From IMG/VR virus record IMGVR_UViG_3300042347_001054, positions 1 to 29,490 of that record: DNA of 29,490 nucleotides. One strand, given 5' to 3'. Under the pieces are notes generated by a model. That model saw nothing but the letters and a program-made list of their open reading frames with translations. It made no database searches and was not told the origin of the DNA. This stretch comes from a virus (Duplodnaviria; Caudoviricetes). Each line of letters opens with the position of its first letter. Within the stretch, counting starts at the first letter, position 1. Positions 14,434 through 22,045 of the stretch are shown here, in pieces. The position numbers and the translations under genes are program-made.

Positions 14434-14753
14434 CTGCCGCTGTAAGAGCCGCTGCTCGCCGTGGCTTAGAACTACGCAAGAAACATGGCAAGGGAGGCTT
14501 GACGACGCAGGAAGCGGGCAAGCAAGGCATTGGAAGCGGCGTTGCTCGTGCGACAAGCCTGGCCAATGGCGAGAAGGTGAGCTATGAGACCATTAAACGC
14601 ATGGCCGCATTTTTCTCAAGGCATGCCAAGAACAAAAGTGGCGGAGAGGATGATGCTGGTTATATCAGCCATAATTTATGGGGCGGCGATGCTGGTAGGG
14701 CGTGGGCAAATCGCATCATTAAGATGGTAGAGAATCGCAGAAAAGACCAATGA
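14400..14753 (+). CDS. -1 frame extension: basic phage head-associated domain
   Basis: ALRGDAESFAPPAAVRAAARRGLELR...GVARA..LA.G...S.ETIKRM..FFSRH...LWGGDAG.AWA; no plausible start codon of its own in front of the domain. Confidence 0.75.
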   Translation, partial: ALRGDAESFAPPAAVRAAARRGLELRKKHGKGGLTTQEAGKQGIGSGVARATSLANGEKVSYETIKRMAAFFSRHAKNKSGGEDDAGYISHNLWGGDAGRAWANRIIKMVENRRKDQ

Positions 14754-15061
14754 GCGAATACGTGCGTGTTATCGAAGAAGAAGACGAAGGCATTGGTCTT
14801 TTAAAGGCTCTCTCTATTCTTTCCGCTAACGAGCATCGCAACACTTCACGATGGGAACTAGTGGAGAAGCAGTGCTTTAAAAATGGACGACTAGATGAAA
14901 CGCACATCTATGTAATGAGCGTTTACGAAAAGCCCGACCCTCATTTTGAACCGACAAAGTTTTTGACGTTTGAAATTGAGGCAATGGCAAAGTCCTACAT
15001 TATGGAAGACATTGAAAATCAACTTGCCAGCATTCGCGGCGAAGACGATGATGAGGACTGA
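14750..15061 (+). CDS. Hypothetical acidic protein (103 aa)
   Basis: ATGA overlap with the upstream stop. Confidence 0.7.
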   Translation: MSEYVRVIEEEDEGIGLLKALSILSANEHRNTSRWELVEKQCFKNGRLDETHIYVMSVYEKPDPHFEPTKFLTFEIEAMAKSYIMEDIENQLASIRGEDDDED

Positions 15062-15069
15062 CTATTGCG

Positions 15070-15098
15070 TTTCTTAATAAGCGCTTTTTATTGAGAAA
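15070..15098. terminator. AT-rich hairpin between convergent genes
   Basis: TTTCTTAATAA(15070-80)/TTATTGAGAAA(15088-98). Confidence 0.45.
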
Positions 15099-15099
15099 G

Positions 15100-15375
15100 C
15101 TAATTGATCTTTGCAATGAATGATGGGTAGCCCATCAGCCACAGCACACTAATCCCATAGAGACCGCTGAGCGTGCGAATTTGTACGCAATCTGGCGGGG
15201 CTGTGCCTTTTTCAATGCGGCAATAAGAGCTTTGACTGATGTGAAGTTCTTTTGCTACGTCATGTTGCGTGAGTCCAGCATTAAGCCGAGCCTCCTTAAT
15301 GCGGCTTGCAATAAGAATACGAGCTTCTTGGTGGGGAAGTTTAAGAGCATCCGTCGTGCTACGTGCCAAAAACAT
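15100..15375 (-). CDS. XRE-family helix-turn-helix regulator
   Basis: RIKEARLNAGLTQHDVAKELHISQSSYCRIEKG...LYGISVLWLMG. Confidence 0.92.
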   Translation of the reverse strand: MFLARSTTDALKLPHQEARILIASRIKEARLNAGLTQHDVAKELHISQSSYCRIEKGTAPPDCVQIRTLSGLYGISVLWLMGYPSFIAKIN

Positions 15376-15406
15376 CACGATGATTTATTCCGTTTTGCAT
15401 AAGCCT

Positions 15407-15439
15407 ATAAAGTATAACATTCGCTTCTTGATAAAGTAT
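15407..15439. promoter_or_regulatory. Divergent extended -10 promoters overlapped by an ATAAAGTAT direct repeat
   Basis: Minus TG-T-TATACT 15411-19; plus TG-A-TAAAGT 15429-37; ATAAAGTAT at 15407-15 and 15431-39. Confidence 0.5.
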
Positions 15440-15443
15440 GAAT

Positions 15444-16637
15444 ATGAGCACCATTTCTTGCCGATACGATTTCTCTCCTATTGAGAAATACGAACTCACG
15501 CCAGAAGGTTATCTTCGGGCATGGGCTTCAATCGCACGCACTGGCATCCAACACTACACAGATAGTGATGGCTCCATTCGTCGCGAATATCGTCCTGAAA
15601 CAGAAGTGGCGTCTCCCGATAGTCTTGCTTCATTCGCGGGCAAGGCAATCACTTCTGAGCATCCGCCTGTACTGCTCGATTCTGAGAATACTAAGGACTA
15701 CCAAGTAGGCTTTAGTGGTACTGAAGTGGTGTACGACAATGGTTTTGTCAAGGCAGTGATGACAATCACTGACGAAGACACCATCAAGCGCATCATGAAA
15801 GGAGATGCTCGTGAGGTAAGCGCGGGCTATAGGGTGAATTATGATCCCACGCCTGGCGTTACAGAAAACGGTGAACATTACGATGGCATCCAAAAGGAAA
15901 TCATCGGCAATCACATCGCTGTTGTTCGTCGGGGCCGCGCTGGCCCGCAAGTGAAGCTTCATCTTGATAGGCAAGATGCTGCTGACCCATCATTGATCTC
16001 TAATGGAGGAGACCATCTCATGACGGCAAAAGTCGTTTTTGATGGCGCCGAGTTCGAGGTGACTGAGAGCGTTGCTCTTGCAATCACCAAAGAACGCGAA
16101 GACGCCAAAATGTCCTACGAGGACATGAAACAAAAGTACGATGAAATGATGTCCAAAGCTTCCAAAATGAAGGAAGAGATGGACGCCATGGAAAAGGAAA
16201 TGCAAGGCAAGTGCGATTCCGCTGAGGGTCGTGCTGACGCCCTGGCTGAGCAGGTGGAAGAGCTGAAAGGCGAACTTGCTGCTGCTCAAGAAATCAACCT
16301 TGATTCCATGGTTGAAGAGCGCGTGGCTCTCATTGAGAAAGCCAAGCCTGTCCTGGATTCTGCTTATGAATTTGCTGGCAAAACTGCCCGCGAAGTGATG
16401 GTTGATTCCATCAAAGCAGTGCGTGGTGACGAGCTTGATCTTTCTGAGAAGAGCGATGACTACGTGCAGGCAATGTTCGACACTCTTTCCGAAGGTCGTT
16501 CTGACTCTGCCACCACTGACGAGCTGCGTAAAGCCGTAGCTTCCATTGCTTCTCCTGTTTCTGCACCCTCTGCCTATATGGATATGCTGCAGAATGCATG
16601 GAAGAAGCCCCTTTCCATCTCCAAGGAGGCTAAGTAA
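15444..16637 (+). CDS. Prohead protease/scaffold fusion (DUF2213-like)
   Basis: TPEGYL, IARTG.Q.Y, YRP..EV, IT.EHP, EVSAGY, NHIAVV..GRAG N-terminal domain; coiled-coil acidic C-terminal half. ATG 15438 is an alternative start. Confidence 0.88.
   Translation: MSTISCRYDFSPIEKYELTPEGYLRAWASIARTGIQHYTDSDGSIRREYRPETEVASPDSLASFAGKAITSEHPPVLLDSENTKDYQVGFSGTEVVYDNGFVKAVMTITDEDTIKRIMKGDAREVSAGYRVNYDPTPGVTENGEHYDGIQKEIIGNHIAVVRRGRAGPQVKLHLDRQDAADPSLISNGGDHLMTAKVVFDGAEFEVTESVALAITKEREDAKMSYEDMKQKYDEMMSKASKMKEEMDAMEKEMQGKCDSAEGRADALAEQVEELKGELAAAQEINLDSMVEERVALIEKAKPVLDSAYEFAGKTAREVMVDSIKAVRGDELDLSEKSDDYVQAMFDTLSEGRSDSATTDELRKAVASIASPVSAPSAYMDMLQNAWKKPLSISKEAK
16020..16637 (+). CDS. Probable nested in-frame scaffolding protein (205 aa)
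   Basis: GGAGGAG at 16005-11 lies 8 nt before an in-frame ATG at the protease/coiled-coil boundary. Confidence 0.55.
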   Translation: MTAKVVFDGAEFEVTESVALAITKEREDAKMSYEDMKQKYDEMMSKASKMKEEMDAMEKEMQGKCDSAEGRADALAEQVEELKGELAAAQEINLDSMVEERVALIEKAKPVLDSAYEFAGKTAREVMVDSIKAVRGDELDLSEKSDDYVQAMFDTLSEGRSDSATTDELRKAVASIASPVSAPSAYMDMLQNAWKKPLSISKEAK

Positions 16638-16639
16638 TC

Positions 16640-17200
16640 ATGGCCGTAACTTTCTCTGCTTCGGGCACTGCCTCCGCTGGTGGCGTGCAACAGAGCTATG
16701 CTCTGGAGCACACTGCACTGCTGGAAGGTCAACTGTCTGACATTCGCGACAACACCATCGGCACCTACATCAACGAAACTGGCGCTGTGCTGCCTTTCGG
16801 TAATGTGGTTGTCTACAACACCGCTGGCACTGCTGCAAACTCTGCTGCTACCATCTCTGGCGCTTCTGACACCGTTCAGGGTATCAACGTTCTCACTTAC
16901 GTTGATGAAACCGCTCTTGATTCCAACAACCGTCCTGGTGTGAAGAATCAGCAAGTGCTGAACGTGGCCAACGAAGGTGCAGTGGCTGTCTATGTGACCG
17001 GCGCTGTTTCGCCCACTTCGCCTGTGCGCGTGCTGTATTCCGCTAGCGGCACTGGCAAGGCTGGTCAATTCTCGCATGCTTTTGCTTCTGGCAAAACCGT
17101 TCGCCTCGCTGGCGCACGTTTCCTGAGCACCACCACTTCCAGCGGCATTGCAATTCTGGAGCTGAATGGCCCCAGCTTTACTCTTTCCGCTGATTCTTGA
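16640..17200 (+). CDS. Capsid decoration/cement protein
   Basis: Lies between scaffold and major capsid; LPFG..V and G.V.V motifs; strong SD AAGGAGG; A/G/S/T-rich. Confidence 0.75.
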   Translation: MAVTFSASGTASAGGVQQSYALEHTALLEGQLSDIRDNTIGTYINETGAVLPFGNVVVYNTAGTAANSAATISGASDTVQGINVLTYVDETALDSNNRPGVKNQQVLNVANEGAVAVYVTGAVSPTSPVRVLYSASGTGKAGQFSHAFASGKTVRLAGARFLSTTTSSGIAILELNGPSFTLSADS

Positions 17201-17215
17201 TAGGAGGCCCTAACA

Positions 17216-18124
17216 ATGTCTGAATTCCGTATGGATGACGCGGGTCTGTTCCTTGAGCGTCAGCTTGAGTACATCCGCCCCCAAGTGTTTGAAGTGCAGT
17301 ATGCGGATATTAAGTATCCGACCATTCTGCCTGTTACTAGCGAAGCTGGTCCTGGCGCCCAGACCTTCACCTATCGCATCATGGACTCCACTGGTGAGTT
17401 CAAGCTGATCGCTGATGCTGCTGACGATCTGCCCCGTGCTGACATCAGCCAAGTTGAGAAGAGCATCAACATCCGCTCCTTCGGTGGTTCCTTCGGTTAC
17501 ACCGTGCAGGAACTGCGTGCTGCTCAGATGGCCAACATCGCCCTGGAGCAGCGTCGTGCTGCTGCCGTGCGTCGTGCCTATGAGGAGAAAGTGGAAGAAG
17601 TGGCTCTGTTCGGTGAGAGCACCGTTGGCCTGTCTGGTTTCTTCAACAACTCCACCGTAGACGTTGTTGCTGCTGATAAATGGTTCACCGATAGCGGCAC
17701 CACTGCTCAGGAAATGCTTGAGCTGCTGAACTATGGCGTGAGCGCCATTATCAACGCCTCCAAGATGAAGGAGCAGCCCGACACCATCCTCATGGCTTAT
17801 GAGGACTACAACAAGGTGAGCACCACTCGCAACTCCGACTCTTCGGACGTGACTGTGCTGGAATACTTCCTGCGCACCAATCCCTACATCCGTAACGTTG
17901 AGCCCATCAACCAACTGGATGCTGGTAATAGCGTGCTGAATACCAACCGCATGGTTGTGTACAAGCGTGATCCTGAGAAGGTGCAACTGCACATTCCTCA
18001 GCCCCTGGAACTCTTCCCGCCCCAACAGCGTGGTCTTGAGTTCATCGTTCCCGCTCATGCTCGCGTGGGTGGCGTGGCTCTGTACTATCCCAAGAGCGTT
18101 ATCTACGTTCAAGCTTCGGCCTGA
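17216..18124 (+). CDS. Major capsid protein (DUF2184-like, HK97 fold)
   Basis: FLERQLEYI...FE..Y, DDLP, YTVQELRAA, ALFG...GL.GFFN, GGV...YP motifs; strong SD and highly biased codon usage. Confidence 0.92.
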   Translation: MSEFRMDDAGLFLERQLEYIRPQVFEVQYADIKYPTILPVTSEAGPGAQTFTYRIMDSTGEFKLIADAADDLPRADISQVEKSINIRSFGGSFGYTVQELRAAQMANIALEQRRAAAVRRAYEEKVEEVALFGESTVGLSGFFNNSTVDVVAADKWFTDSGTTAQEMLELLNYGVSAIINASKMKEQPDTILMAYEDYNKVSTTRNSDSSDVTVLEYFLRTNPYIRNVEPINQLDAGNSVLNTNRMVVYKRDPEKVQLHIPQPLELFPPQQRGLEFIVPAHARVGGVALYYPKSVIYVQASA

Positions 18125-18179
18125 GGATAGTTAGTCAAGCGAGGGACGTTAAGCTATGGACAATTGTTTCTTTTGAACA

Positions 18180-18566
18180 ATGCTCATTGCTTATCGTCCC
18201 GAACTTGAAAACCCGCCCCGTGAAGGCGGGTTTGGCATTATTACGCAAACTGGCATGATTCAACTCACGCCTGGTCTTAATCAAGATATTCCAGAGCATC
18301 AATGGAAGGTGGCTCGTGAGAATAGGGCGGTTAAACGCCTTATGAACATTGGAGCCATCGAGGAAGTGCGTGAGCAAATCATGGTGGAAGACATTCCACA
18401 AGATGTGCAAACGCTTTCTCAAATGCCAATGGTGGAAGCCATCCGCATGATCGAACTCATTCATGATCCCGATCAGTTGAATGGATGGAAGAAGATTGAA
18501 GGCCGTGTAAGGGTGCGTAATGCCATTAATAAGCGCATTGAAAACATTCGCATTGGGAAAGCCTGA
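18180..18566 (+). CDS. Hypothetical virion-assembly protein
   Basis: Follows the major capsid gene; I.L.PG.N...W N-terminus and E.R..V..AI.KRI C-terminus. Confidence 0.6.
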   Translation: MLIAYRPELENPPREGGFGIITQTGMIQLTPGLNQDIPEHQWKVARENRAVKRLMNIGAIEEVREQIMVEDIPQDVQTLSQMPMVEAIRMIELIHDPDQLNGWKKIEGRVRVRNAINKRIENIRIGKA

Positions 18567-18568
18567 TT

Positions 18569-18880
18569 ATGGCCGTCACTTATGCGAGTTTTCTTGAGCG
18601 GTTCCCTGAATTCACTCCCCATCCATCGGGGATTGTAAATGGTGCCATCTCTGAAGCCACTTACGATGCATCGCAAGATGTATTTGGGGAACAAACTGAT
18701 AGGGCCGTGAAATTCCTCGCTGCTCATATTATTGCCATTCAACTTGCGCAGATGGGCATTCAAATTGGTGCTACTGACGGCAAGGTGTATGGCGAGGGGC
18801 TAGACGCCACTCAATACGGTCAAGAGTTCAAGCGCATGCTGAATCTTCTTCCTTCTTCTTCTGTTGGTTTCGTTGTATGA
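18569..18880 (+). CDS. Head-tail adaptor (DUF4054-like)
   Basis: F..RFPEF, LAAH and T.YGQEF motifs. Confidence 0.82.
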   Translation: MAVTYASFLERFPEFTPHPSGIVNGAISEATYDASQDVFGEQTDRAVKFLAAHIIAIQLAQMGIQIGATDGKVYGEGLDATQYGQEFKRMLNLLPSSSVGFVV

Positions 18881-19266
18881 GCAATTTCCTGGAGCCACTT
18901 GCCAATTCCACGCTGGTATGGTCAGTGGCTTCGGGCTATGCGCTTGATAGCGAAACTGGAAATTATGTGGCTGTTGCAACGGGCATTACTTACTATGCAT
19001 CGTTAAGACAAAAACGCAATCCTCAGTACGATTACTTGCTTGGTGCAGACCAGACTGCCGTCTATATGGAAGGTCGTCTTACTTCTCCGCTTACGTTATC
19101 TGGCGTGACGCCTGGAGATTCTGCTCAAGCAACAATCAATGGAAGAGAGGGGCGCTTTGAACTATTACCAAACGAGGAGATTGCTATTCATTATTGGCAG
19201 TTCCTCGGCACACCAATTAGGGGAATTTTTAGACTAATTGGCAAAGGAAGCGTTGACAATGCTTAA
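18877..19266 (+). CDS. Putative head-closure/neck protein
   Basis: Position after the adaptor, ATGA coupling, beta-rich 129 aa. Confidence 0.55.
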   Translation: MSNFLEPLANSTLVWSVASGYALDSETGNYVAVATGITYYASLRQKRNPQYDYLLGADQTAVYMEGRLTSPLTLSGVTPGDSAQATINGREGRFELLPNEEIAIHYWQFLGTPIRGIFRLIGKGSVDNA

Positions 19267-19316
19267 TCGAGCATGGCGCCGCTTAATCATTCTTTCCTTT
19301 CATTGAGGATCTTCTC

Positions 19317-19895
19317 ATGCTTTACCATCCCACTGAGCTGGTGAAGAGCCAAGACGTGATTGTGCGCGTTGGCTCGATCAACGGCACTGCACGCCCTGTC
19401 ATCACTCAGAGCGGCGCTACTTTCACTGTGAGCGGCGCCCCTACTCTCTACACCCTCCAAGCCGCTACGACGGCTTCTGTTGCCTTTAACGATGGCAACC
19501 AAGAATTCTATCTGCTTGGTGGCGGCGGCTTCGCTGATAGCGTGATCGTTACTAGCCAAGCCACTGCCTCCATTACTTCCTATTTCCAAAAGGATGTTGA
19601 TGGCACTGTGTTCCTGCCCAATAGCTTTGACGAAGCTTTCCAAGTAATTACTGCTTCGCGCTATGACAAGAACCACGAAGTCTACGTGGAAATCAACAAG
19701 CAGCTTGGCGCTTCTGGCACCACTTATTACTATGATCGCGTGGCCTTTACTGCTTGCGTGATGAACTACAACGAGAGCTATCCTGCTGATAACCTCGTGG
19801 AATGCACCTTCGATTTGATTAGCCGTGGTCGCATTGGCATCCACCAGAATGCTTCCGAGACTGGCTCTATCATCCCTTCGGCTCCCAATAGCTGA
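19317..19895 (+). CDS. Major tail tube protein
   Basis: Biased codons, beta-rich, C-terminal V.NYNE...ADNLVE.TFDL.SRG typical of tube proteins; followed by a terminator. Confidence 0.78.
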   Translation: MLYHPTELVKSQDVIVRVGSINGTARPVITQSGATFTVSGAPTLYTLQAATTASVAFNDGNQEFYLLGGGGFADSVIVTSQATASITSYFQKDVDGTVFLPNSFDEAFQVITASRYDKNHEVYVEINKQLGASGTTYYYDRVAFTACVMNYNESYPADNLVECTFDLISRGRIGIHQNASETGSIIPSAPNS

Positions 19896-19919
19896 TTCAT
19901 CTTTCCATAGATCTTTGCT

Positions 19920-19948
19920 AGCCTTCCTTTACGGGAAGGCTTTTTTAT
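19920..19948 (+). terminator. Rho-independent terminator after the tail tube gene
   Basis: AGCCTTCCT-TTAC-GGGAAGGCT followed by TTTTTATT. Confidence 0.88.
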
Positions 19949-19949
19949 T

Positions 19950-20360
19950 GTGAACATTACACAACTCAGAGAAGTAATTACTGAATTGCTTTCTGCATCG
20001 CCTAATTTAATTGGCACCTATACACTGCCAAATAACTCTACTATTCCTGCGGTGTATGTAGTTGGCCCTCAAAGCGTACCGAAAGAATGGAAAGTAAAAG
20101 GATTGGAGGTGGCCATTCGGCAATTTCCGCAATTAGCTCCAGCTTCACCGCTGGGTGGCACGGTAAAGGTGACGCAAGTATGGGAGGTGATATTGACGCA
20201 GTTTACGCCTAGTGGCACTCAAATGGCTACAGCAATGGACAGAATGGTAAGACGTTTTCCAGATGCTACGCCACGATATTTCCAAGGAGATGACGTGGCT
20301 TATGAGCGTTGTCGTTTCTTGATTCCCGACCTTATTCTTCGCAATTTAATTGCATCATGA
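19950..20360 (+). CDS. Putative tail completion/terminator protein
   Basis: 136 aa with IPAVYV motif, within the neck/tail module. Confidence 0.5.
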   Translation: MNITQLREVITELLSASPNLIGTYTLPNNSTIPAVYVVGPQSVPKEWKVKGLEVAIRQFPQLAPASPLGGTVKVTQVWEVILTQFTPSGTQMATAMDRMVRRFPDATPRYFQGDDVAYERCRFLIPDLILRNLIAS

Positions 20361-20812
20361 GCGGGATCATTGTTGGCGGAACAGTTTTAAATGCAAAGAT
20401 CTTGGAAGCAAAGCTTACTAAAGCTTTTGAAACCTGGGCTCGTTTTGATGTGAATGATTATTTTCGTGATCAATTCTTGGAAGACAAGTGGGATTACGAT
20501 GGAGAAACTCAGCGCAAAAGCGGAGAATTTGTCGGTCCAGAACCTCGGAATATTTTTGATTTAGGTGATCTATATAGAAGCGGAAGAGATAGTTTCAAGA
20601 TTGAACAAGGTGGCGTTGATATCACTGCATCTTGGGACTGGGATGCTAAAAATAGTTCAGGAAGAGGATACGCCTGGTATGTTCATGAAGGATTATCAAC
20701 CAACATTGAGCCGCGTCAATGGACGGACATCTTTCAACAGCGCGATTTGTTTAGCCAGAGCGGCGTGAGCAAGGAGCTAAGATCTCGCATACGCACTGCA
20801 TTAAACAAGTGA
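20357..20812 (+). CDS. Tail completion protein (HK97 gp10-like)
   Basis: D.GDL..S, YA.YVHEG and PR.W motifs; ATG 20357 overlaps the upstream TGA. Confidence 0.65.
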   Translation: MSGIIVGGTVLNAKILEAKLTKAFETWARFDVNDYFRDQFLEDKWDYDGETQRKSGEFVGPEPRNIFDLGDLYRSGRDSFKIEQGGVDITASWDWDAKNSSGRGYAWYVHEGLSTNIEPRQWTDIFQQRDLFSQSGVSKELRSRIRTALNK

Positions 20813-21066
20813 ATATTGACTACCTTTGGAGCGAAGATAAAACCGTGCATGCCATTAACAATGCATTGGACGGTGCAGCGTTGGAAGTAGGCATCTTGTG
20901 TCTTATTTCTTGCCGAGAAGAGACCATTAGAATAAGCAACGAAAATCATTCAATGCTGGTTGAAGTGCCTAAAGAATTTCGCTCTAGCAGCGAAAGAGTG
21001 AAGGTCTTCAATGCATTGTTAACTGTTCTTGATCATGAGCAAATACAGCTTCCTTCTGCAGACTAA
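20809..21066 (+). CDS. Hypothetical protein (85 aa)
   Basis: GTGA overlap with the upstream stop; fills the gap before the chaperone gene. Confidence 0.6.
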   Translation: MNIDYLWSEDKTVHAINNALDGAALEVGILCLISCREETIRISNENHSMLVEVPKEFRSSSERVKVFNALLTVLDHEQIQLPSAD

Positions 21067-21571
21067 AGCCGAAGATTACTTTGAGCTTCTTCCCGAAATC
21101 CGCATGAAGAAATATGGCGGCTGGCTTGTTGCAGAAGCCATTGAGCAAGAAGAAATTAGCAAACTGCAAAGTCAGGCAACCATCCGCGCTGTGCAACTTG
21201 CAAAGAAGATTGCCCTTGCGAAAGACATTCCTCTTGATGAAGCATTTGGCTTGCTTCAGGGCGGTGGTGGGTCCATCACTGAAGCCGAGCTTCTTTCTGA
21301 ATACACAGAAGAAACTCTCAGCATGATTACTAGTGGCTCTTCAGTGGAAAGCACTAACGCTCGCATGGTCACTGCATTCATCCGCTCTCGCGGGCAGGGT
21401 TTGATTGATGGCGAATGGCAAGATCTTGCTGATTGGGAACTGGAAGACACTAAAAATCTTCCTCGTAAAGCCATTGCAAAAGTGGTGGAGTTTATTGCTG
21501 AAGAGCAAAACGCTGAGACGCAGGAGGCAGTGGCGGCAAAAAAAGCGACGAAGAGGAATTCTCCTCAGTAG
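21035..21571 (+). CDS. Tail assembly chaperone (gpG analogue)
   Basis: Acidic ORF upstream of the tape measure with a slippery site near its 3' end. Confidence 0.75.
   Translation: MSKYSFLLQTKAEDYFELLPEIRMKKYGGWLVAEAIEQEEISKLQSQATIRAVQLAKKIALAKDIPLDEAFGLLQGGGGSITEAELLSEYTEETLSMITSGSSVESTNARMVTAFIRSRGQGLIDGEWQDLADWELEDTKNLPRKAIAKVVEFIAEEQNAETQEAVAAKKATKRNSPQ
21523..21566 (+). other. Programmed -1 frameshift signal of the tail assembly chaperone
   Basis: GGAGG 21523-27, in-frame A AAA AAA 21538-44, hairpin GAGGA-ATTC-TCCTC 21553-66; the -1 frame is open into the next ORF. Confidence 0.8.
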
Positions 21572-22011
21572 CAGAAATGCTGGAGGCGCGGGCACGTAAC
21601 CAGCTTAAAAATCTGACCAATTGGAACGAAATTTATTTCCGACTTTCTGCATCGGATTTTAATGATAAGCGATGGCGTGCTGATCAATTTGGTCGGCAGC
21701 CATTGTCCGATATTAAGCGTGCATTGAAATATCTTGATAAGCACGATGTGGCAAAATATAACGTGCAAAGCGTTGCCATTGCAAAGCTTGGCACAATGGC
21801 GGCTGGCATGATGGCAGGACGTAAGTCTAAGGTGAAGCCAGAAGATTTCTTACCATTTGACACAAAAGCTCTTCAAAAAGATAGTGGCATCACTGATGCA
21901 AGCCTGATTGTTCTTCAGCGTTTGATGAAGAGCAGAAGGATGGACGGAAGGGTGATTGCATTACTAGCCGATGATTTAAAGGCTTTTTCTGGGCGTAATC
22001 AGGAACAATGA
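21544..22011 (+). CDS. Tail assembly chaperone -1 frame extension (gpT analogue)
   Basis: -1 frame reads SDEEEFSSVAEMLEARARN...; contains KPEDFLPF; immediately precedes the tape measure gene. Confidence 0.75.
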   Translation, partial: SDEEEFSSVAEMLEARARNQLKNLTNWNEIYFRLSASDFNDKRWRADQFGRQPLSDIKRALKYLDKHDVAKYNVQSVAIAKLGTMAAGMMAGRKSKVKPEDFLPFDTKALQKDSGITDASLIVLQRLMKSRRMDGRVIALLADDLKAFSGRNQEQ

Positions 22012-22045
22012 TTATAGAATGAAGGGAATGTGATTAGAAAGTAAG

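Noticed and set aside
17210-18112. 300-aa antisense ORF opposite the major capsid gene (likewise 16574-17077 and 19287-19844)
   Set aside because: Shadow frames expected from the strong codon bias of highly expressed sense genes; no motifs or convincing start signals.
17216-18124. Encapsulin nanocompartment interpretation of the DUF2184-like shell gene
   Set aside because: It is surrounded by terminase, portal, neck and tail genes, so it is a phage capsid.
18127-18135. ATAGTTAGT after the capsid stop, also after the nrdB stop (1243-1251)
   Set aside because: Only two copies of a 9-mer; insufficient to call a phage-specific promoter motif.
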